Source of the DNA: Promethearchaeota archaeon
GTDB taxonomy: Archaea > Asgardarchaeota > Lokiarchaeia > Sigyniarchaeales > SOKP01
Assembly (NCBI GenBank): GCA_019057795.1
Contig: JAHLWS010000036.1
Span: 1-40,035, forward strand
Direction: 5' to 3'
Length of the DNA: 40,035 nucleotides
The stretch's first letter is position 1. Every line of letters starts with the position of its first letter. The translations under genes were made by a program, and so were the position numbers. A model generated the notes under the pieces. The model did not search any database. It saw only the letters and a program-made list of their open reading frames with translations, and was not told the DNA's origin. This document shows, in pieces, positions 1 to 9,400 of this stretch.

Positions 1-190
1 CGAAGAAATCACTCAATTAATCTGTTAAACGCAGTTTTGAACAATTCTAAGAACTTAAAATACTGAAGAAATAATGTCGGAAAGAAAAATAAGAGATATT
101 ACAAAAAAATATAAAAAAAGTTGTTAACTTGTAAACTTAAGAAATACTTAATTTAATATTTTTAAAAAAATATAAACATTTGAACAAAAA

Positions 191-3067
191 ATGGTAGAAA
201 TAAAACAAATTAGTGCACATTCGGAGAATATTGAAGAAGTCGTAAATGCAATGAATGTTTCAATTAAAACTGGTTTATCTACATCAGAAGCAGCAGCTCG
301 ACTTGAAAGATATGGAAAAAACGAATTAATAAAGGAAAAAGGAAAAACTGCTCTAGAAATTTTCATAGGCCAATTTAAAAGCTTTCTTGTTTATTTATTA
401 CTTTTTGCGATTGCCATCTCAATTGTGATTGGAATGTGGGAAAGTGGCCAACCTGGTGCCGAAGTATGGTCTTCAGAATATACAGATGCTATTGTGATTG
501 GCACTATTTTAATTGCCAACGCAGTTTTGGGGTTTTATCAAGAATATCAAGCAGAAAAATCAATGGAAAGTTTAAAAAAACTTGCGCCCCATTTTGCTAA
601 GGTTCGTAGAGATGGTAAAGTTAGTGAAATTGCCGTAGAAGATGTAGCACTAGGAGACATTATCCTTTTTGAAGACGGGGATAAATTTCCAGCAGATTTA
701 AGGTTAATAAAAGAATTTTCACTTTACGTCGATGAGGCAATTTTAACCGGGGAATCTGCACCTGTAAAAAAACAATTAGATATCGTAGATGAAAAGATGA
801 TTCTAGCGGATAGAATTAACCTTGGATACATGAACACGATAATCACGAGAGGAAATGGAGAAGGAATTGTAATTGGGACGGGGATGAATACCGAAATAGG
901 AAAAATAGCTGAAAGTTTGCAACAAGAAGTAGTAGAACCTAGTCCCTTTCAAGTAGAAGTAAATCGATTTGGAAAATTATTAGGAATAACGATTCTATTT
1001 ATTTGTGCTGGCGTATTTATCACAGAACTAATTATTATACTACTTACAGAAGGTTTAGATTTCCAAGCCGAAGAAATAGAGCATATGATCGACGCGTTTA
1101 AAATTGCTATAAGCTTAGCTGTATCGGCAGTGCCTGAAGGTCTCGTTGTTGTTATTACGGTGGTTTTGAGTATAGGTATGAAAAAAATGGCCGCAAAAAA
1201 TGCTTTGGTTAGAAAGTTAACGGCTGTGGAAACGCTAGGACGTGTTAATGTCATTTGCTCAGATAAAACAGGTACCTTGACAAAAAACGAGATGACAGTA
1301 GTGAAAATGTATTTAAACGAAAAAGTGTTCGATGTAGATGGCGTAGGATATAATATTATAGGGGATATCAAAGAATTTGGAAATCCTGTTAACATGAATC
1401 CTGATCTTAAGCGGTTTCTAGAAGTTTGTTTGTTTTGCAACAACTCTAATGTAAATATTCTCGACCAAAAAACGGGAGAAGTTAGTGTCGTTGGTGACCC
1501 TACTGAAATCTCCATGAAAGTCTTAGCGTTGAAAACGAAACTTAACGAATCTTTTGAAAAATTAGACGAAATTCCTTTCGACTCTGATCGGAAGATGATG
1601 AGCGTAATTGGTAAAGTAGATGGTAAAATCGTTGCTTTTATAAAGGGAGCTCCAGATATAATGATGAGAAATGCTTCTCATGTATTATTAGATGGCGAAA
1701 GCAAGTTAATTGAGAACGCAAAAGATAAAATATTAAACCAAAATAACGAATTTGCTAAAAATGCTTTGAGAGTTCTTGGAGTAGCATATAAGGAGTTAGA
1801 GCCCGGATACGATCTCAATGATGTAGAGAAAGATTTCACCTATATTGGTTTAGTAGGAATTATTGATCCCGCCCGAGACGAAGTTAAAGACGCAATCAAA
1901 GAAGCTAGAATGGCGGGTATCCGTACGATCATGATCACGGGAGATCATAAAGTAACTGCCATAGCAATCGCACAACAAATTGGTCTAACTGAATCAGATG
2001 ATGCAATTACAGGAATAGAATTAGAAGAAATGACTGAAGACGAATTGCTGGAAAGAGTTAAAACCGTTGATGTTTTCGCAAGAGTAACTTCAGAACATAA
2101 ACTAAGAATTTTGAGGAAACTAAAGGATCTCGGCTTAGTGGTTGCCATGACCGGGGACGGGGTTAACGATGCTCCAGCTGTAAAAGGTGCTCATGTAGGC
2201 GTGGCAATGGGTTTAAAAGGAACTGAGGTCACTCAAGAAGCTTCAGACATGATTCTTATCGATGATAATTACGCAACTATTGTAAACGCAATCGAAGAAG
2301 GTAGAGGGATATTTGAAACAACCAAGGGTTTCTTCCGCTATATGCTTTCAACGAATTTTGACGAAATTTTTCTGATTTTAGTAGCATTTATTATTATGAA
2401 ATTATGGAGTGATGTCTTCTTAGGACCACCTGTTACACCAATCTTGATCCTCTGGCTCAACATAGCAACGGATGGTATCCCTGCGATGGTTTTAGGGCTA
2501 ACTCCAACAGACCCCGATGTCATGAAGAAGCCTCCGAGAAAAGGTTTTACATTGTTAAAAGAAATAAAAGGTCCTGTTCTACTACTAGGAATTTATACAT
2601 CAATTACGGATATTACTCTTTATATAGTTCTTTGGACAGTTCTTATTCCTACTTGGAGCAATCCCAGTTCTATTGGGTTTGATCCAGCTTTACTAAGCGG
2701 CACAACAATATTAGGGGTTCATTACACAGCAACCGAATACGCTATAGCATTAGCGCAAACGGTATTATTTACAAATTTAGTGATATGTGAATTATTGTTC
2801 GTTTTCACATGTACTTCTAATATTAAACCGTTTTACCTCTTTCCCAACAAGCACTTATTTTGGGCTACAGGACTTTCTCTCGCTTTACAACTTTTAATCC
2901 TTTACACACCAATGGCTATCGCTTTTCACGTCGTACCTTTAACACAATGGTATCACTGGGTAACTCTCTTTCTTGCCGCATTTAGTGTTTCTGTCGTCGA
3001 CGAACTAAGAAAATATAGAATAAGATTGAAACTTAGAAAAGATCCTAATTATTTATTAAAAACTTAA
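191..3067 (+). CDS. P-type (P2A, SERCA-like) cation-transporting ATPase, probably Ca2+
   Basis: Phosphorylation motif DKTGTLT; actuator motif TGES; PEGL in M4; KGAP; TGD; GDGVNDAPA; M5 STNFDE; M6 LNIATDG; about 10 hydrophobic segments. Confidence 0.95.
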   Translation: MVEIKQISAHSENIEEVVNAMNVSIKTGLSTSEAAARLERYGKNELIKEKGKTALEIFIGQFKSFLVYLLLFAIAISIVIGMWESGQPGAEVWSSEYTDAIVIGTILIANAVLGFYQEYQAEKSMESLKKLAPHFAKVRRDGKVSEIAVEDVALGDIILFEDGDKFPADLRLIKEFSLYVDEAILTGESAPVKKQLDIVDEKMILADRINLGYMNTIITRGNGEGIVIGTGMNTEIGKIAESLQQEVVEPSPFQVEVNRFGKLLGITILFICAGVFITELIIILLTEGLDFQAEEIEHMIDAFKIAISLAVSAVPEGLVVVITVVLSIGMKKMAAKNALVRKLTAVETLGRVNVICSDKTGTLTKNEMTVVKMYLNEKVFDVDGVGYNIIGDIKEFGNPVNMNPDLKRFLEVCLFCNNSNVNILDQKTGEVSVVGDPTEISMKVLALKTKLNESFEKLDEIPFDSDRKMMSVIGKVDGKIVAFIKGAPDIMMRNASHVLLDGESKLIENAKDKILNQNNEFAKNALRVLGVAYKELEPGYDLNDVEKDFTYIGLVGIIDPARDEVKDAIKEARMAGIRTIMITGDHKVTAIAIAQQIGLTESDDAITGIELEEMTEDELLERVKTVDVFARVTSEHKLRILRKLKDLGLVVAMTGDGVNDAPAVKGAHVGVAMGLKGTEVTQEASDMILIDDNYATIVNAIEEGRGIFETTKGFFRYMLSTNFDEIFLILVAFIIMKLWSDVFLGPPVTPILILWLNIATDGIPAMVLGLTPTDPDVMKKPPRKGFTLLKEIKGPVLLLGIYTSITDITLYIVLWTVLIPTWSNPSSIGFDPALLSGTTILGVHYTATEYAIALAQTVLFTNLVICELLFVFTCTSNIKPFYLFPNKHLFWATGLSLALQLLILYTPMAIAFHVVPLTQWYHWVTLFLAAFSVSVVDELRKYRIRLKLRKDPNYLLKT

Positions 3068-3120
3068 TTTTATTCTTTTTTTTATCCAATTATTTTTTAT
3101 TTTCAAATTATTTTTTTTTG
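3068..3120 (+). terminator. Probable oligo-T archaeal terminator
   Basis: Several T-runs directly after the ATPase stop codon. Confidence 0.45.
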
Positions 3121-3232
3121 ATTAATATACCTAATTTTCGTTTTATTCCATAATAACCCAACAAGGTAATAGTTATAAAAGAGCAAAATAAAGATTTATT
3201 AAATAATTATTCAATATTAAAAATGATAAAAA

Positions 3233-4246
3233 ATGGTAATTGATATAACGGACGGGATAGAAAGCGGTAAGGTAATTGTAAAAGTTTTAGCAACCAATAC
3301 AACCTCTATTACTTTATTAACCGAAAAAAGATTTAATGGAAAAGTTATCCAACCAGGTGTTACGGCTAATAGAGCTGTAGGCGAGCATGGGTTAGCAATG
3401 AGTATTATTGTAGAAGATAATGGCGAGAGACACCTTTTATTATTAGATAGTGGAGGTTTATCTCAAACTATAGTTGAAAATAGTAAGCAATTTGGAGTGA
3501 ATTTGAATGACGTTGAGAAATTTGTTTTAAGTCATGGACATTTTGATCATTTTGGCGGGTTAGCGGGAGTAATTCCTTTATTTAATAAAGGTACCGAATT
3601 TGTTTTGAATCCTAATTGCTTTAATCAAAATTATGCGGCAATTATGAAATCTGGAGAAGTAATTCCTGCTGAAGATTTAGGAGCTACATTGCGAACGCTA
3701 GAAAAAGAGGGGAAACTTAGTATAAGTAAAAAATTACCTATACTTAGTAAAAATATGATAAATAATCTAGTAGATCAACATGGAATTAAGCTAATAGAGA
3801 CAAATGAACCTGTAAAATTATATAAAGGTATCGCGACAAGCGGAGAAATTGAATTATTCGATAAAGAAGAAATTACTAAAGGAATCTACATAATGAAAAG
3901 TAGAAAGGAATTTGAAACAAACTATTTCAGAGACGAAACATCTATTTATATTAACGTAAAGGATAAGGGTTTAGTTGTCATAACGGGGTGCGGACATTGT
4001 GGCATAATGAATACGATAAAACACGGTCAAAAGTTAACGGGGATCGACAAAATTTACGCTGTGATTGGGGGATTTCACGAAGAATGGAACCCAATTGAAA
4101 AAATTGAGGAAAAAGTAAAATATTTTGAAGAATTAAATCCGGAAATAATTTGTGGTATGCATTGTACAGGTTTTAATTTTAACAAACTCATGTCTCGACA
4201 TCCCTCTCATACTTTAGGGATCGTAGGAACAGAATTTCATTTATAA
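3233..4246 (+). CDS. Metallo-beta-lactamase fold hydrolase (COG1237-like, dihydropteroate-synthase-like MBL family)
   Basis: GEHGL, LLDSG, SHGHFDH (HxHxDH), TGCGHCG, GGFH and MHCTG motifs. Confidence 0.85.
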   Translation: MVIDITDGIESGKVIVKVLATNTTSITLLTEKRFNGKVIQPGVTANRAVGEHGLAMSIIVEDNGERHLLLLDSGGLSQTIVENSKQFGVNLNDVEKFVLSHGHFDHFGGLAGVIPLFNKGTEFVLNPNCFNQNYAAIMKSGEVIPAEDLGATLRTLEKEGKLSISKKLPILSKNMINNLVDQHGIKLIETNEPVKLYKGIATSGEIELFDKEEITKGIYIMKSRKEFETNYFRDETSIYINVKDKGLVVITGCGHCGIMNTIKHGQKLTGIDKIYAVIGGFHEEWNPIEKIEEKVKYFEELNPEIICGMHCTGFNFNKLMSRHPSHTLGIVGTEFHL

Positions 4247-4272
4247 TTTTTTTTTTTTGTTTTGTTTTTTAA
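4247..4272. terminator. T-rich terminator between convergent genes
   Basis: Long poly-T run on the + strand in the 26-nt gap between two stop codons. Confidence 0.5.
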
Positions 4273-5361
4273 TTATAAACTCTCTTCAATGTACTTAAAA
4301 AATAAGCCAATTCCTATAATTTTGAATGTATCTTGAACATTTATATATTTTAATGCTGAGGTTTCAATGAAAAAACTTTTCAATTTTTTTGCTTTTTCTA
4401 ATCCCTCCTCTTTGGTTATTTCCCTTTGATCTTCTAAATCAATTTTATTTCCTATAAGCACAAATGGGACGTTTCCTAATTTCTTCTGAGCATCTTCGAG
4501 CCAGAAATCTATAGCTTCATCAAAAGTCTCTCTTCTGGTAACATCGTAAACGATAAAAGCACAATTTGCTCCGCTATAATACTCGTGTCTAACACGCTTA
4601 AAAAAACTTTGCCCGGCAAGGTCGTATACAAGAAATTTGATAATATCGTCTTTGAAGCCTTGAACATGAAATTGTTGAGTTGATATCGAAATACCTAAAG
4701 TTGGTCGATAATCGATAACATCCTCCTTTTTTAAAAATTGATTCACTAGCGTAGTTTTACCTACGGCTGCTGAACCTAATACAATTAGTTTAAAGAGTTT
4801 TTCTATTTTCTTAGGTTTCCTAAATTGATGTGCTGTGGTCACACCATTTATCATAGTTTTTGGTTCGTTGATCGAAAACTTGTCTAATCCTAAGGAAAAT
4901 GTATCGTGAATATTTAAATCGGGGATTTCTAAAGTATTAAATTTAAAATCGAAGCTATCTTCAAGCAATTGAGCTATTTTCTCAACTACGAGGTAAGCAA
5001 TAGGGAAGAGCTTGTTTAAATTTGTTTCATAATCGCAAATTAGTAATAGTATAGCATCGGATCCCGCTTCTAAGTAAATAATGCGATTATCCTCAGTTTC
5101 AAATGAACCAGTACCATAATGACCGATTTGATATTCTAAGCTAATCTTACTCAAAAGGTTTTCTACCAATGCAGTAAAGGCGCCGTATACATCTTCCGTT
5201 TCTTTCTCGTCTTTAGCTGTACTATCTAATTTTCCATATTTAGTCATTAAAAGTCCTTGGTTTGAATATAAAAAGGCGACAACAATATCATCTCGCGACT
5301 CTACAAAGTTTTTTAAGAGAATCCGAAGATTTTCTTCTTTTGTTATAGCTTTAGATGCCAT
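4273..5361 (-). CDS. Roadblock/LC7-like N-terminal domain fused to a Rab-like small GTPase
   Basis: C-terminal G-box motifs GSAAVGKT (G1), YRPTLG (G2), DLAGQ (G3), NKID (G4), ETSAL (G5), plus Rab-like YYSGA. The N-terminal ~135 aa have a roadblock-like pattern (VVAFLYSNQGLLM...IIYLEAGSDAILLLIC). Confidence 0.85.
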   Translation of the reverse strand: MASKAITKEENLRILLKNFVESRDDIVVAFLYSNQGLLMTKYGKLDSTAKDEKETEDVYGAFTALVENLLSKISLEYQIGHYGTGSFETEDNRIIYLEAGSDAILLLICDYETNLNKLFPIAYLVVEKIAQLLEDSFDFKFNTLEIPDLNIHDTFSLGLDKFSINEPKTMINGVTTAHQFRKPKKIEKLFKLIVLGSAAVGKTTLVNQFLKKEDVIDYRPTLGISISTQQFHVQGFKDDIIKFLVYDLAGQSFFKRVRHEYYSGANCAFIVYDVTRRETFDEAIDFWLEDAQKKLGNVPFVLIGNKIDLEDQREITKEEGLEKAKKLKSFFIETSALKYINVQDTFKIIGIGLFFKYIEESL

Positions 5362-5527
5362 AAATAAGATATAACTTAAATTTAATTAATATAATGTTCC
5401 TTTTTTTTTATTGAAATTTAGGACTCTATTTGATTAAAAATACTACTCGTTATATTTAAATTTATTTTATCCCTTTATTACCTATTATAATTCTTAATTT
5501 TAAATTGACTTTTTTGAGATAAATATA

Positions 5528-6226
5528 ATGAATATTTCAGAACTATTGAAAAAAAAGCTTGAATCAAACCAAACGGTACTTACAGAATTTGAATCGAAGG
5601 AATTGCTTAAAGAGATTGGAATTTCTGTTCCAGACCAAAAATTAACCTCTACTAAAGAAGAAACCGTTTCAGCCGCAAAGAGCATTGGTTTTCCGGTTGT
5701 TTTAAAGCTCATGGCAGAAGATATTGTCCACAAGTCAGATACGGGAGCGGTTAAGTTAAACATAAAAAACGAGGATGAAACTGCTAATGCGTTCGAAGAA
5801 TTAATGAATATTCCTTCCCAAGCCGAGAAATTGATTAGCGTACAAAAAATGGCCAACGAACCAATAACGGAATTAATTTTAGGGATGACTACTGACGCTC
5901 AATTTGGACCTGCGCTAATGTTTGGAATTGGAGGTATTTTAGTTGAACTTTTAGAGGATGTAAGTTTCCGAATTGCTCCAATTACAGAATATGATGCTCG
6001 GGAAATGATTAAAGAAATAAAAGGATTTCCAATACTAGATGGATATCGAGGAAAACCAAAAGCCGACATAGATGCGATAGTAAAAACGCTATTGAAAGTA
6101 TCGGAGCTCGTCATAAAACACGAAGAAATATACGAAATGGACCTAAACCCCGTTTTTATCTACGATAAAGGGTTAATTTGCGTAGATGCGAGGATTATTC
6201 TGAAAAAACCCGAAAAACAAGATTAG
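5528..6226 (+). CDS. acdB: ADP-forming acetate/acyl-CoA ligase beta subunit (ATP-grasp)
   Basis: LTEFESKELL, GFPVVLK, HKSDTGAVKL, FGPALMFGIGG and EMDLNP...VDARI are typical of ACD beta / ATP-grasp_5. Confidence 0.88.
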   Translation: MNISELLKKKLESNQTVLTEFESKELLKEIGISVPDQKLTSTKEETVSAAKSIGFPVVLKLMAEDIVHKSDTGAVKLNIKNEDETANAFEELMNIPSQAEKLISVQKMANEPITELILGMTTDAQFGPALMFGIGGILVELLEDVSFRIAPITEYDAREMIKEIKGFPILDGYRGKPKADIDAIVKTLLKVSELVIKHEEIYEMDLNPVFIYDKGLICVDARIILKKPEKQD

Positions 6227-6406
6227 TCTTGTACCTTTTTTAATCAATTTTTTGAACATTTTATAGAAAATTTTTTATGCACATTTGTTAAATTAATTCA
6301 AATATTCATACCAGCTAACATAAAAGAAGTAATTTTATATTCAAATTACGCGATTATTATTGTAATTATTCTTATTGAAAAATATTATTATTTTAAAAAA
6401 ATTGAT

Positions 6407-9400
6407 TTGATGTTTATGAAAAATTTAAATAAAAAAAAGAGAATGATAACTTGCTCAGTTCTGTTATTTAGTCTTTTATCGATAACAATATTTACAAATT
6501 TCAATTTCGAGTCTCTTTTTTACAAAGACGATGCGAATAAAGACGATTTTACAAATTTTCCAAAAACTTCTGATTCTCTTCCTTCTTTTAAAGGGACGGG
6601 AAATAAAGTTAATATTACTTTACATCAATCTATTTTAAATACATCAACGATATCTTTTTCTAATTTAGATAATGAAAATACTTTTCAAGAACCAGCACCA
6701 AAATTTCAGGGTTATAATACATCTAATATAAATATTGATGTAGATGACATAAATGCTCCAAATAAAACTATTTTGTATGAAGATCAAACAAGCGCACGTA
6801 TAATTGATGCTGTTAATAGTCATTATATTTCATTTAAAGCTAGGGGTGTGGGTTATATAGAAAACATATCCATCTATTTAAATAGAACAGCACCACTCCT
6901 TACAAGACTTATAGTATCGTTGTATAATTCTGAGTTAGACGGTTCTATACCAAAACCGCTTAATCTTGTATACGCACTTCCAATAGTTGATTTGTCAGTA
7001 ATCACAGGAGATTCACCTCATTGGCATAATATGACAAATATAGGTTCTTTATTCAATTGTTCAGAAACATACAATGATACTTTTTATTTAAATATTGAAG
7101 AGATTGGCTCTGGCGTTGATATTGAAATATATGGTGAATTAACTTCAATGGGTGGAGATGGTTCAAATGATAATTATGTATTAGATAGTGGAGAAAACGA
7201 ATTTAATATTGCAGGATCACTTGTAGATGCCGCAGTAGAAATTGATTTTGTTCCATTGAATAATACTCCTAAACCCTCTCAAATTGGACTTGAGATAAAT
7301 AACAAAAGTGTAAATGATGTCAATTTTCAAAAAGGAAAATATATTATGACTGAAGGCATCTTAAAAGATTTATCAGGCACTATTGATTTCAATGTATCTG
7401 CAGATTGGTGGGATGTTGCTTGTAATGTCTCTAGAGTTCAAATCAATTACACTAAAACGGATTTAAGAGCAGATTCTAGCTTTGAAGTTTTAGGAAACGG
7501 ACAAGATGTTTTGTGGAATGTGACAAAACCAGGCGGATTGAATTATTTTGATTCGCGGTTCAATAATTATACGATAAATTTCACCATTTCTTCCAGATGG
7601 GAGAATATTGAAGTGTGGAATGGGGGTACCAATAAAACAGATGACATAAAACCAAATCCTCTCAATAATTATAAAGACATACAAGTGTTTAATGCCGGAA
7701 ATGGTACTCATTGGTTTTTAAACGCCACATCTTCCAACCTTCTTGAGGATATAAAAAAATATGTTGGTACAATGTCAGCAGCAGATAATTTTAATTATAC
7801 CGATCTTGTTCGTTTTAACGGAACTTTTTCTAGCTCTATTAGCGATGGAAGTATTAACCTTAGCGTGTATAGCCCATTAATATTAAATGATCATTTGAAC
7901 TATACATTTATTAACAGTTCTTTTATTTCAGGTGATGACATATACTTTGGTGATTGGGATATATCTGAAAAGGTAACCAAATACGGAAAGTTTCGAATAC
8001 TAACTCAATGGAATAATGGCACTGATGCGGGTTTCTTTAGAGATAACATAACCATATTTGCAGAAACAAATCTACTTATTGATCAGCCCTCCCAGAACAC
8101 AACGTTCAATTCTAGCACCATTTTCAATGTCACTATAATCTATAACGATACAGGACAAAGTCTGGATATTTCTGACGGTGATATTTACTATAAAATTAAC
8201 GCTGGAACTTATAGTTCTGTAAATGAAAGCGTAAAATACATCGGTTCGGGAAAATATAACATTACTTTTGATTGTAATAACACAGAATTTAATTATGGTC
8301 TTAATACGATCTCGATTAGAGCAAATAACACTTACTATCACAATCAGACTGACACGCTATATTTTTTCATTTTAGGAGAAACAAGCCTTATTAGATCGTT
8401 TCCAAAAACGTATAACTTTGATTCTGGTGAAACATTTAATGTTACTCTTTATTTCAACGATACTGTTAAAAATATAGGAATTGATGGTGCTGATGCAGTA
8501 GATATTTATGTAAACGATAGTGATTATACTCCCTTAGATTTTTTTGATTACGGAAATGGATATTATAATCTTACTGTAAATTGTAGCGATTCTATATTTA
8601 ACGATTACGGTTCGTTTGATGTAAAGGTTGACGTTAATAAAACTAATTATTACAATCAAACTACTTCGTTTGTTATTAGTATTACGGGAGAAACTAGTTT
8701 AGATGTCTCAGTTATGCCGGTAAGGAAGTTTTATTATTCAACCGAGATTTTTAACATAACGGCATATTTTAATGATACGGCGAGAAATCAAGGTATTAAT
8801 GGCGCAACAATAGATATTGACGTGGACGGAAGCGTTTATTCTCCTCTCAGTTGGTTTGATTACGGTAATGGGTATTATAACATTAGTGTAGATTGTAGCG
8901 ATCCTATTTTCAGTAATTACGGATCTTTTCAAATGAGAATTAACGCCACGAAATTAAATTATTACAAAAGCGTTGATTCCTCTTTTGAATTAATAATTGG
9001 AAACACGACTTTAACTAGGCTTTCACCCCCTTTAAATTCGCCTTATGTTTATGGAGATAGTTTTAATATTACAATTTATTACAGAGATGTAGTAAAAGAT
9101 TCCGGAATTACTGGTGCTACGATAGAATATTCTATTGACGGAAGTTCATATAAAACTGATAATATAGATCCAAACGGAAATGGGAATTACAATATTACGA
9201 TTAATGTAGACGATACTGACTTTGGTAGTATTTTTGGATTTAGAACTATTATAATAAACGCAAGTAAAACCAATTACAACAATGTATCAATAGATTATGT
9301 ATTTCATAGACAAATTAATACTACAATCGAGCCAGACAATTTTAAAAACTTAGGTAGCGTTGAACGAGGGTTAAACGTATCGTTTAGATTCAATTATTCG

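Noticed and set aside
2-28. Possible 3' end of an upstream gene (EEITQLIC*)
   Set aside because: Too short to support.
949-2523. Antisense ORFs within the ATPase, and similar ones within acdB, radA, lysC, aor and the LRR gene
   Set aside because: Shadow ORFs opposite well-supported genes, with no recognisable motifs.
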